Source: a virus | Reading direction: 5' to 3' (one strand) | Virus record (IMG/VR): IMGVR_UViG_3300044681_000281 | Location: 1-64,000 of that record | Length of the DNA stretch: 64,000 bases | In this document: in pieces, positions 40,530 to 49,720 of the stretch | How the letters are laid out: each line of letters opens with the position of its first letter | How positions within the stretch are numbered: the first letter of the stretch is position 1 | Notes under the pieces: generated by a model | Database searches by the model: none | The model's input: the letters and a program-made list of their open reading frames with translations, nothing else | What the model was told of the DNA's origin: nothing | Translations under genes and position numbers: made by a program

Positions 40530-41762
40530 TTAGAAAAGGTATGTAACACCAATTCTCGCACCGACTCTTGGTGTACCCTCTAGTTTGATTTGTGTACCAC
40601 CTGGAATTGTAAAATCTTGTCCCTCTTGTTGTATAAGACCATTCACATCTAAACTAACAACACTATCGATATTGTTCAAAGTAGTGAAGATTAGACTCGA
40701 ACCATCATATGTGAAGTATTCAGTACCAACCTGTCTAACATTACCTTCAGAATCAATGAAAACGCTTGATCTACCTTTGTAGTAAGTAATAGTTACGGTG
40801 GATCCCTCTCTCGGGGGTTCAACGAACGTAATCTTAGATGTTAGTGATACATGATAGAAATCAACATCTCTTTCTTGTACTAGACCGTTAATCGACACAT
40901 TAAATAAAATACCGATAGTTTCACCAACACTAAATACCGTTTGTAATCCGTCTGCGGTAAATGTTGCGACAGATATCTCTAAATTTTTAGTTAGATACTT
41001 CTTCTCAAAGTTATTACTTTGAATAAATTCATTCATTAAAAAGAACCTACTGACTGCGGGTTTTACTTCAAACTCCTCCTCATCAATTATAAAACCTAGC
41101 AAGGTGAAGTTATAGGTTTGGATATAAAACCTACGATTATCCAAATCCACAGGGGAATTATCAGTTATCGCATCTAAAACAATAGGGACGTAATGTCCTT
41201 TTACAGTTGTATATGCCTGTCTCGAAGAGAATTTCTGCATAACAATCTGATTAAACTTATTTAAATCTCTAAATTTTGTACAGACGATCGTTACCTCATA
41301 CCCAATATCAATTGCCACGGGTTGAGGTATCTTATAGATATCCGCACCCATTTGTGTGCCATCCCATGTTGGAACTGATGCATAGTGAAATTGCTGTCTG
41401 TCAGGTATTGTTCTCTGTAAACTTGGATTTGTTCCTGGTTGAACATCAGGTTTCCTAATGACTCCAATGAAGGGAAGTTTAATATTACCATCTAAATCTG
41501 AGAAGTTCCATGTGTTAGTGAATTCCCCCCAACGTTGCATGGTTAAAATTTTAGGGATCATGGGTACCTGTTCCCCATCTGAAACAATCTTAAAATTATT
41601 TCTAACGAAATCTAACATCCCTAAATCTAAATCGTCATGCAATACAGAGTCAGGAAGATAAGAATCTGACTTAGTAATTCTATCTAAGAGTTCTTGTCTC
41701 CTTTCCACCAATTGATTTCCTTGGTAGACACTAATGTTATTTTTCTTTTTTGGGTAACCCAT
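40530..41762 (-). CDS. Tail terminator/sheath stabiliser (gp15-like) with two C-terminal beta-sandwich repeats
   Basis: PQPVAIDIGYEVTIVC..FRDLNKF and YNFTLLGFI. Two repeats of FT.DG...F......V..NGL.Q...DF......I.....P..G....ITY. Confidence 0.7.
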   Translation of the reverse strand: MGYPKKKNNISVYQGNQLVERRQELLDRITKSDSYLPDSVLHDDLDLGMLDFVRNNFKIVSDGEQVPMIPKILTMQRWGEFTNTWNFSDLDGNIKLPFIGVIRKPDVQPGTNPSLQRTIPDRQQFHYASVPTWDGTQMGADIYKIPQPVAIDIGYEVTIVCTKFRDLNKFNQIVMQKFSSRQAYTTVKGHYVPIVLDAITDNSPVDLDNRRFYIQTYNFTLLGFIIDEEEFEVKPAVSRFFLMNEFIQSNNFEKKYLTKNLEISVATFTADGLQTVFSVGETIGILFNVSINGLVQERDVDFYHVSLTSKITFVEPPREGSTVTITYYKGRSSVFIDSEGNVRQVGTEYFTYDGSSLIFTTLNNIDSVVSLDVNGLIQQEGQDFTIPGGTQIKLEGTPRVGARIGVTYLF

Positions 41763-42274
41763 TATATTCCTCTAAATTCGGTTTCCTGTGCGGGAACACA
41801 AGTTATTGTTCTGTAATATGGTTTATACCCAAACATATTGTGGGTATTATCTGATGTTACTCTACCATCATTACTTACAGTATAGTATCTTATTCTATCC
41901 TCAGTTTCAGGATAACCAATAAAATCACCATACCTAATATCAATGTTTAAATCTTTTAGGTGTTTTAAATAAACAGATAGAATTAAGTTACCTGGTTCGA
42001 GATATCTTACATTTCCTTTTGTATATGAACTATTCTTGGGTTGTTCCACCTTTACTAATGCATTAAACTCTACAGGGGGGAAAAATTTGATCTGATCTTT
42101 ACCAACCTCGGCATAAACTGAATCAGTATCTGTAGATTCCCTATCCACACGATAAAGTACTAATTTCATGTTCAAATCACCATGAAGATATTCCTGACCT
42201 AATTGAACATTAAAATCAAAATCCTCATTAGCGAAGAACTTACTAAGTCTTGTGATAGGTACTTTCTTATTCAT
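41762..42274 (-). CDS. Neck/head-closure protein (gp14-like)
   Basis: LYRVD...DSVYAEV...FFPPVE and DIRYGDFI. Start reassigned to the ATG at 42274 (MNKKVP), just after TATTTAT. Confidence 0.68.
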   Translation of the reverse strand: MNKKVPITRLSKFFANEDFDFNVQLGQEYLHGDLNMKLVLYRVDRESTDTDSVYAEVGKDQIKFFPPVEFNALVKVEQPKNSSYTKGNVRYLEPGNLILSVYLKHLKDLNIDIRYGDFIGYPETEDRIRYYTVSNDGRVTSDNTHNMFGYKPYYRTITCVPAQETEFRGI

Positions 42275-42329
42275 ATACAATAAATAGTTTAAATATTGAT
42301 TTGATTTCTTTATATTTAAAGTATTGAAT

Positions 42330-44081
42330 ATGGGAAATAACATACCTGAAATAGAGGCAAGAGAAATAGTGACAGGTTATACGGGTTTTAATAACCAAAT
42401 CCTTGAATGGAAGAGGAAATTTGAAACTGTCAAAAATTTTGGTCTTACTCGACCACAATCCGATTATGTACTAAAATATTGGCAAACCGAACCTAAAGTT
42501 GCGAGGAAATACCTTTCTATCGCAAAACATTTTGGTGCCAAGTTACAGGAAGAGAGACTCTTAATGAAACCCGTAGAAGAGGTTTGGGTTGAAAAGTTAC
42601 TTTGTGAAAGTGATAAGGCATATCATATATGGGGAAACCTAACTAAAGAGATGAAACCCATCCCTATGTGGTTACCAAAGGCATCCATAATTCAAGAGGA
42701 GAAAACATTAGATAGGGTAATAGATTACACTCCATATTCTAAAAGACCTCCTATGGAGCACCAAAAGATTGCGATCGAAAAATTATTGGCTAACGATAGG
42801 TTTATCCTCGCAGACGACATGGGACTTGGTAAAACAACTAGTACAGTCATTGCATCTATGGAAAGTGGTGCAAAGAAAGTGTTGATTGTTTGTCCTGCGT
42901 CACTTAAAATCAATTGGAAAAGAGAGATTGAGAATTACTCTGATGACTACATTCTCGTAGTTGAAGGTAAGAAATGGGGATCCACCTTCAAATACTACAT
43001 AATTAACTACGATATCCTTAAAAATTTCCATACTACAGAGAATAGTGAGGAAAGTGAAGCGTATCAGATTATAGTCAACGAAGGGTTCGATCTTGCGATT
43101 GTGGATGAGGCACATTATATTTCTAATAGTCAGGCACAAAGAACCAAACTATTAAATGATATACTTGCCAAAATTCCTAAAGTTTGGTTACTCACAGGGA
43201 CACCAATGACTTCGAGACCTATAAACTACTACAACCTTCTTAAAATCGTAAACTCCCCATTAACCCTAAATTGGAAAAGTTATGTAATGAGGTATTGTAA
43301 GGGATACCAATTCAGGGTTGGAGGTAGAAAGATATGGAACACGAGTGGTGCAAGTAATTTGGATGAACTAAGGGAACAAACTAAAGGTATTGTTCTAAGG
43401 AGATTAAAAACCGATATTTTAGATCTTCCTGAAAAAATAATCTCCCCAATATGGTTAGAACTTAAAAACTCATTCTACGATGACGAATTGACCGAATTCT
43501 TAAGGTTAAGTGAAGAAAATAAAGATAAGGAGAGTATAACGGTTACCCTTAATAGATTAATGAAGTTACGTCAATTAATCGCGATCGAAAAGGTTGAACA
43601 CACCTGTGAACTAATTGATAAAGTATTGGAACAAGACAGAAAGGTAATCGTCTTTACTAATTTCACCATGTCTTTAGACATGTTACACGAACGTTACAAG
43701 AAGAAATCCGTTGTCTTAGATGGAAGAATGTCTAAGGACAGAAGACAAGAGTCGGTAGATAGATTTCAAAACGAGGATAAGGTTAAAATATTTATCGGAA
43801 ACATTAAAGCTGCGGGTGTGGGAATCACCTTAACCGCAGCAGATACCGTTATAATGAATGACTTATCATTTGTACCCGCAGATCATTCCCAAGCGGAAGA
43901 TAGGGCATATAGATATGGTCAAAAAAATAGTGTTCTTGTTTACTACCCTGTGTTTGAAAACACAATAGAAATGACAATATATAACATCCTACAAAAGAAG
44001 AAGGATGTGATCGATCAAGTTATGGGTGATGGTGAGTACTCAGAAAGTTTCGCGAGTGAGTTAGTCAAAAGTATTAAGTAA
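42330..44081 (+). CDS. SNF2-family helicase/translocase (SMARCAL1/HepA-like)
   Basis: LADDMGLGKT, VDEAH, LTGTP, GITLTAA, QAEDRAYRYGQ. ATG start at 42330. Confidence 0.92.
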   Translation: MGNNIPEIEAREIVTGYTGFNNQILEWKRKFETVKNFGLTRPQSDYVLKYWQTEPKVARKYLSIAKHFGAKLQEERLLMKPVEEVWVEKLLCESDKAYHIWGNLTKEMKPIPMWLPKASIIQEEKTLDRVIDYTPYSKRPPMEHQKIAIEKLLANDRFILADDMGLGKTTSTVIASMESGAKKVLIVCPASLKINWKREIENYSDDYILVVEGKKWGSTFKYYIINYDILKNFHTTENSEESEAYQIIVNEGFDLAIVDEAHYISNSQAQRTKLLNDILAKIPKVWLLTGTPMTSRPINYYNLLKIVNSPLTLNWKSYVMRYCKGYQFRVGGRKIWNTSGASNLDELREQTKGIVLRRLKTDILDLPEKIISPIWLELKNSFYDDELTEFLRLSEENKDKESITVTLNRLMKLRQLIAIEKVEHTCELIDKVLEQDRKVIVFTNFTMSLDMLHERYKKKSVVLDGRMSKDRRQESVDRFQNEDKVKIFIGNIKAAGVGITLTAADTVIMNDLSFVPADHSQAEDRAYRYGQKNSVLVYYPVFENTIEMTIYNILQKKKDVIDQVMGDGEYSESFASELVKSIK

Positions 44082-45158
44082 CTCTTCCAAACAAGTTCTC
44101 AGTTCCTTTTCAATGGACTCCAAGTCGACATTATTAAAACCAATGAGAACTTCCTTCTTTTCCTTATTAAATTGTACGTAAGGTTCATAAGAATCAAAAA
44201 TCTCAAACGAATACTCCAATTTTATACACCGATAGAATATGGACATTAAAATTTCAGTATTCTCGTCTATAACCTTATCATAAACGTTTTCTAATCTTTC
44301 ATTAGGGATGATTGTCTGAGACCCCTCAACAATTATAGTTTCGTCCTCATTAATACCATCGATATTAAACTCGTAAATCGTCCCGTTATTCTCCACAATT
44401 AAGTAGTTAATAGTCGAGTGTTTACGTTTGTTTATTTCAATAGGTATAATAACCGTATCATTTTCATCATCTAAAACGACTCTTTGGACATAGTCTTTAT
44501 TATCGTTACATCGTTTGTGTTGATACGTGTATTCGATACCGTCCTTTTTTATAATGAAGTCAACACCCTTATTATAGTCGTCACCATCACCCCTATCCTT
44601 ACCATAAAGGGTTTCATAAGGTTTATCCTTAATAACATATCTAACATAGGATAATTCTGAAAAGATTGAACCGTACCATGTCTGTGCCGTTGCGACAGAA
44701 AGTTTACGTGATAATTCTGTCGACTCATAAAGACCAAAAACCCTATCGAAATACTTGTCGATAAAGTCCATAAGTCTATCACAACTTTCATTAAAAAAAT
44801 TACTTAGACTGTGATAGGTCAATAATTCACCCGTTATTCTCCCCTTTTTAATTAAGTCGTTATAGAAATTCAATAAAACTAAAATGGCGCTTTGGTTGGT
44901 TTCAATGGTGTTTATGTAGGACCATTTCCATTCACCATTTATATTTTGCCATACCCCCCATTTAGGTCTCCTATTGTAAAAATCCCAAACACCCTCGTTT
45001 TCATCAAATTTAAAATTCACCCCATCATATTGGTACTTTGAGATGATTTTGTTTAACGATGTGATGAAATAACCCTTATTCGTTTTATCATTAAGGAAAA
45101 TCAATTTAACCTGACCGAGATCTAATTTAATATTTCTTTTTAATTTCTGTATATCCAT
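44061..45158 (-). CDS. Putative PD-(D/E)xK-fold endonuclease
   Basis: E...D-x4-GVDFIIKKDGIEYTYQHK resembles the D-x(n)-Q-x-K variant active site. Has its own host-type promoter. Confidence 0.5.
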   Translation of the reverse strand: MDIQKLKRNIKLDLGQVKLIFLNDKTNKGYFITSLNKIISKYQYDGVNFKFDENEGVWDFYNRRPKWGVWQNINGEWKWSYINTIETNQSAILVLLNFYNDLIKKGRITGELLTYHSLSNFFNESCDRLMDFIDKYFDRVFGLYESTELSRKLSVATAQTWYGSIFSELSYVRYVIKDKPYETLYGKDRGDGDDYNKGVDFIIKKDGIEYTYQHKRCNDNKDYVQRVVLDDENDTVIIPIEINKRKHSTINYLIVENNGTIYEFNIDGINEDETIIVEGSQTIIPNERLENVYDKVIDENTEILMSIFYRCIKLEYSFEIFDSYEPYVQFNKEKKEVLIGFNNVDLESIEKELRTCLEELLNTFD

Positions 45159-45180
45159 GTAAATACATCTTCGGTTTTCC

Positions 45181-45211
45181 CAAATATAAACTATTTATAG
45201 TAATAAATCAA
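45181..45211 (-). promoter_or_regulatory. Bacteroidota sigma-70 promoter TTG-N20-TATATTTG for the nuclease gene
   Basis: Exact TAnnTTTG -7 box with TTG 20 nt upstream. Overlaps the divergent TATTTAT motif of the neck gene. Confidence 0.68.
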
Positions 45212-45213
45212 GT

Positions 45214-46332
45214 ATGGCAAGTACAATCATCACACCAACGAATAAGGATAAGTTATATTCTCAGGTTTATCATCTGTTAGGGATGCCTATTAGGTCAGTT
45301 GAACTGACTGAGGAACAGATGGATACATTCCTCGAGTTAGCCCTCGATGAATATGAACAATATGTAAGTGATTGGTTAATTGAGTCACAATGGTCGTCTT
45401 TAGCTGGGTTAGACGTTGACACCCAATCCCTAACAAGGGCATTCACGACAAGGTCGTTAGACTATGAGACACAATATTCTCACGCTTATTCGAAAATAGT
45501 TGGTTTACAGGCAGGTGGAGATTCAATACTTAAAAAGGATAAGATAGAACTTATACCTAATCAACAAGTTTATGAAATCCCCGCGGGTCGTGAAATCAAT
45601 GAACTACTTTGGTTTACGAGAGCCGAACTTACTGATTCTATTGTTGATCCATTTTTAGGTGGATTTGGTGGTCTTGGTGGTGTAGGTTTTGGTGGTGTGG
45701 GAGGTTTTGCACAGATGGGGACATCTGGTTCATACTTTATGTTACCCGCGTATGATCTTTTAGCACGTATGCAGGATAGAAACATTAAGAACCGATTAAT
45801 CGGTGGTGAGTTGACTTACCGTGTAACGGCAGGTCCTGAAGGTAAAAAATACGTTCACCTTTACAACGTACCCGGAGGTAGATTTGATTTCGGTTCCATC
45901 CAACAACACAACCATTATGTATGGTATTGGTATTATGACACATTGGATAGGGACGATTGTTTAGAAAAAAATAAAGATGTTGTAAAGTTACCTTCAGACA
46001 TTGCTACCGAAGAATTGACATGGGAAACACTTAACAAACCCGCACAGAATTGGGTGAGAAAGTATCTTATTGCTTATTCTAAGGAGGGGTTAGGTAGAAT
46101 CTATTCTAAATTCTCGGGTGACCTACAAGTACCTGATAGTCAGGTTAAATTAGATTATAGTTCCCTTTTAACAGAAGGTAAAGATGAGAAATTAAAACTT
46201 ATTGAGGAGTTAACTCAAAGGTTAGAAAGATTACGTCCTGATAAGATGTTAGAGAGAAAAGGAAACGAGGCCGAAAATTTAAACAAATCTTTAAAGTATC
46301 GACCTATACAGTCACCTTTTAATATGATCTAA
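45214..46332 (+). CDS. Neck/head-tail adaptor protein (T4 gp13-like)
   Basis: LLGMPIRSVELTEEQMDTFLELALDEY...WVRKYLIAYSKEGLGRIYSKF..L..P...LDY..LL.EG..E...L.EEL. Confidence 0.85.
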   Translation: MASTIITPTNKDKLYSQVYHLLGMPIRSVELTEEQMDTFLELALDEYEQYVSDWLIESQWSSLAGLDVDTQSLTRAFTTRSLDYETQYSHAYSKIVGLQAGGDSILKKDKIELIPNQQVYEIPAGREINELLWFTRAELTDSIVDPFLGGFGGLGGVGFGGVGGFAQMGTSGSYFMLPAYDLLARMQDRNIKNRLIGGELTYRVTAGPEGKKYVHLYNVPGGRFDFGSIQQHNHYVWYWYYDTLDRDDCLEKNKDVVKLPSDIATEELTWETLNKPAQNWVRKYLIAYSKEGLGRIYSKFSGDLQVPDSQVKLDYSSLLTEGKDEKLKLIEELTQRLERLRPDKMLERKGNEAENLNKSLKYRPIQSPFNMI

Positions 46333-49223
46333 TAATCTCTATCATCTGTGTGATAGGCAAAATCCCTACCGTTAGTTTCAATTATTTCATCACTATTGGA
46401 TATTGTTGATGGTTTTTTAAATTCCACAACTTCTCTATTGGTTTGGACCCAATAAGGGTCAACATAATTGATACTATCCTCTAAATACATGAAGTAAGGG
46501 TCCCTCTTTACCTTATTCCAAAAAAGAACTTCACTGTCCGATAAGGTCATAACCTCATCATACTTATCTTGTCCATCTTCCTTCATTGGGAAACCCGATA
46601 CCAAATCACACTGACTTTTAGTAAAGAATGGTCTGTTTGCGGGATCCTCAATTAAAATCTCATTACGTATTTCGGGGTGGAACACCACCAACAACGGTTC
46701 AATCCTTTTATTAAAGGTGTTGATGTAACGAGCAACATTATAATCCCCCTTCATATCGGGGTTCTCTTCTAATTCTTTCTCGGTCACCATAAAACAATTG
46801 ATTTTTACATAATCAGGAGGAATGGGTACTCCGTGTTCCTGAAAATACTCTTCTTGTTGTTTTTTGGTTGGTTTGGTGATCTTTTGCACATCACCATCAC
46901 TTTTCTTTTCACCATTATTGACATAGTAGATCGTTTCCCCTAAACCCGCAGGATAATCATTCAACATGATTAATTCCATGTGTGCTTGTCGAGACATAAG
47001 AGAACCACTTTTAGTTCTCTTTTTCATGTGTTTCTTATAGTCCTCAACACTTTGTTTAACCCTCGATTTATTAGCGATCTTAGATAATGGGATTTGTTTG
47101 TTAAAGATGAGGTCGATATATCTATAATATACCTCTAAAAATTCCTGTCCCTTACCATCGAGTAATAATTCTAACCCCTCATCAAAAAAGTCAACAATAT
47201 AACCATGTAAGTTCTTTGATTTAATGGTGTTACCTGTCAACTTTAATCCACCACTTGGTTTTTTAAGGACGTAGTTTTTACGTGCGAAGTTAACCGTCGC
47301 GGGTGCGACGTAATCAATATCTAACCCCATCTCATTTCTCATGAATATGTCGTTAAATTCGGCAGTATCCGCCTCGGCACCCGTGTAAACTTTACCCTCT
47401 TCGACCAACTCATTTAAACCCTTACCGATATATTGACGCTCATCGACATTTTCGGGACACGAGAAATTCACACCATCCGTATCCATAACCAATGGTTTGT
47501 ATCCGCGTTCTTTAAAGAACATGATCATCATACGTAAACATTGTCTACCCACACATGTGATTGTTTCACCCATATCCATATCACCCCATGGAAAGACTTG
47601 TGGTGCGGATAAGGAACCGAAATATGCGTTAATAAAGATTTTAATGGGTAATTGTTTACGATCGTATTTCTCCGATAACTCAGGATCACTTTTCTTGTAT
47701 TGACCCGCCAACTTCTTATACTTAATACGAACATCACGGAAATACTTCAACATCGACTTTTGTACCCCCATAACATCACAATCAGGGAATACATCATAAA
47801 CCAACTGAATGGATGGGTAAAGAGAAGAATAGTCAAACTTAACTACATTAGTCGAATACCCAACAGTAAGAAGTCGTGATAATCCACCTGTAATTGCTCG
47901 TCTATCCTGTTTCTCAGGTACCGCTAAACCGTGTTTATATGACCACGCCAACATAATAAGTTTCCAAAGAGTAGCTGTACCCATGGTGGATATACGTTCG
48001 TAAGTGGTTGGTACCAACTTAGAAAGTAAGAAAGTTGATTGTGAGAATGAATCATCGACAACCATAGTTTCATACAAGTCATCGTCAAGATACTGTTCCA
48101 CAATCTTACGACCTGTCCAAACTTCGAACTTACCCGGATACCTCTCTAATAATCCTTCGGTCCCTTTCTCACCTATTTTTTTATAGTTACCTGTCTTTGG
48201 ATTGACATAATAACTTTCATTCTCGAGATATATTTTAGAAATCCATGCACCATCCACATAAACTCGATTCTCTTTCTCCGCACCTAAGTACTTGGTAATG
48301 TACTTCAACCCCCAAGACTTAATCTCTGAATTGATGGCTTGTGCCCTACGGACGGCATGTGCAATATCGAGAATGTTCATACCCCATATCATGTGTTGAG
48401 TGTAGTCCTCAATTTCATTGGCGAGTTTAAGAATACCCTCTCGTTGTTTCATACCTTGATCTACAAAGACCTTAGTGTGTTCTTCAACATTAATACCTAA
48501 TATTTCGGCACGCTTTAAAATAAATGGGAAGTCAAAGAACGCGGAGTTGTATCCCGCAAAAATCGTTGGTTTTAATTCTTTAACATATTCAAAGAATTCT
48601 ATAATACAATTCTTCTCACCATCCTCCCCAAATGCACTGATAATCTTTATAAAATCACGATTATCCTTCATTCCAATAAGAATAATCTTGTCGGTTTCAG
48701 GATCCAAACCAGTGGTCTCGATATCGAATACTAAACGATGTACATCCTCATATTCTTCAATACCCTTAAAAAGACGTTTTTCTTTTTGGATTAGGTATTG
48801 TTCTTTAGGGTTCAGTAAGATAAAATGATGTTTTACTTTATCATCCCACGGATTTATTCCTCCTTGTCTAAAAAAACCTAAAAGTTCTTTATAACCTTTA
48901 GTACTCTTTACTAGGTAGTTAAAACCATTAGATAAACGTTCATTACCCTGATCTTCTAATTTTTCGATTATAATACCGTACTCCAACATTTTCTTCTTTT
49001 GGAGTGCTTTACTACCGTTATAAAAATTTAATTCTGTAATATCATCAACCCACAGGAATGGGGTTAACTTATCTGACCGAATGATTTTACCCTTCTCGGG
49101 GTGTTGAATAATTTTGTAGATGGTATTAGAACTATATTCGTATTCAATACCTGTTATGTACTCTTCGGGATCCGCACCATTAAGGAACTCCTCAATGACC
49201 TCTTGGGAAATTATTTCTCTCAT
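46329..49223 (-). CDS. Family B DNA polymerase with 3'-5' exonuclease
   Basis: ExoI FDIETTG, ExoII GYNSAFFDFPFI, PolA DYSSLYPS, PolB KIFINAYFG, PolC MDTDG. Confidence 0.95.
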   Translation of the reverse strand: MREIISQEVIEEFLNGADPEEYITGIEYEYSSNTIYKIIQHPEKGKIIRSDKLTPFLWVDDITELNFYNGSKALQKKKMLEYGIIIEKLEDQGNERLSNGFNYLVKSTKGYKELLGFFRQGGINPWDDKVKHHFILLNPKEQYLIQKEKRLFKGIEEYEDVHRLVFDIETTGLDPETDKIILIGMKDNRDFIKIISAFGEDGEKNCIIEFFEYVKELKPTIFAGYNSAFFDFPFILKRAEILGINVEEHTKVFVDQGMKQREGILKLANEIEDYTQHMIWGMNILDIAHAVRRAQAINSEIKSWGLKYITKYLGAEKENRVYVDGAWISKIYLENESYYVNPKTGNYKKIGEKGTEGLLERYPGKFEVWTGRKIVEQYLDDDLYETMVVDDSFSQSTFLLSKLVPTTYERISTMGTATLWKLIMLAWSYKHGLAVPEKQDRRAITGGLSRLLTVGYSTNVVKFDYSSLYPSIQLVYDVFPDCDVMGVQKSMLKYFRDVRIKYKKLAGQYKKSDPELSEKYDRKQLPIKIFINAYFGSLSAPQVFPWGDMDMGETITCVGRQCLRMMIMFFKERGYKPLVMDTDGVNFSCPENVDERQYIGKGLNELVEEGKVYTGAEADTAEFNDIFMRNEMGLDIDYVAPATVNFARKNYVLKKPSGGLKLTGNTIKSKNLHGYIVDFFDEGLELLLDGKGQEFLEVYYRYIDLIFNKQIPLSKIANKSRVKQSVEDYKKHMKKRTKSGSLMSRQAHMELIMLNDYPAGLGETIYYVNNGEKKSDGDVQKITKPTKKQQEEYFQEHGVPIPPDYVKINCFMVTEKELEENPDMKGDYNVARYINTFNKRIEPLLVVFHPEIRNEILIEDPANRPFFTKSQCDLVSGFPMKEDGQDKYDEVMTLSDSEVLFWNKVKRDPYFMYLEDSINYVDPYWVQTNREVVEFKKPSTISNSDEIIETNGRDFAYHTDDRDY

Positions 49224-49287
49224 TATTCATAAAATATAGGTGACACATTAGCTTACCTATTGGATAGGTAGTTAGTCTTAATCTATA

Positions 49288-49319
49288 CAAATATAAGAAA
49301 AAATAATGAAAATATCAAA
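49288..49319 (-). promoter_or_regulatory. Bacteroidota sigma-70 promoter TTTG-N20-TATATTTG for the DNA polymerase
   Basis: Exact match to the Bacteroidota -33 TTTG / -7 TAnnTTTG consensus. Confidence 0.75.
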
Positions 49320-49326
49320 TGACGAG

Positions 49327-49695
49327 TTAGATTATGTTGATGAATAACTTCTCTTTGATAGGTACGATCAATTTGTTCGTGGGTTGTAAGTTAGTGTCTC
49401 TAAACTGAACATTTATAATACCCTCATACTTACCTGATTCCGATGTTTGACTCTCGGTGAACCTATAGGTGATATAATACTCGTCAGTGGTCTGATCGTA
49501 TTTTTTTGTTCTTGTGGTTAGATAACATTGTCCACCTAATATGTGAGGTATTTCGGTTTCTACTTCATACATATCAATCGTGATATCGGCATTTTCTAAT
49601 AAATCATTCAAAGACGATTTATCATTTCTACCATCATCAACCAATCTCATTTTTAACATGGGGTCTGTCGCCCCTTTTCGTATAAAGAATTCCAT
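49327..49695 (-). CDS. BppU N-terminal-like Ig-fold baseplate/fibre adaptor
   Basis: FFIRKGATDPMLKMRL...ITYRFTESQTSESGKYEGIINVQF...LIVP...LFINI. Confidence 0.62.
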   Translation of the reverse strand: MEFFIRKGATDPMLKMRLVDDGRNDKSSLNDLLENADITIDMYEVETEIPHILGGQCYLTTRTKKYDQTTDEYYITYRFTESQTSESGKYEGIINVQFRDTNLQPTNKLIVPIKEKLFINII

Positions 49696-49720
49696 ATTAA
49701 TAAATATCTAACCCATATTT

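Noticed and set aside
11125-42274. Bacterial contractile injection system or tailocin instead of a phage
   Set aside because: Neck genes, DNA polymerase, helicase, SSB, RNR and PhoH are interleaved with the tail genes, and there are no cellular housekeeping genes.
13499-49223. Inteins or introns in nrdA, nrdB, helicase, recA or polB
   Set aside because: The ORFs are continuous, with ordinary lengths and motif spacing. No intein termini or LAGLIDADG blocks were seen.
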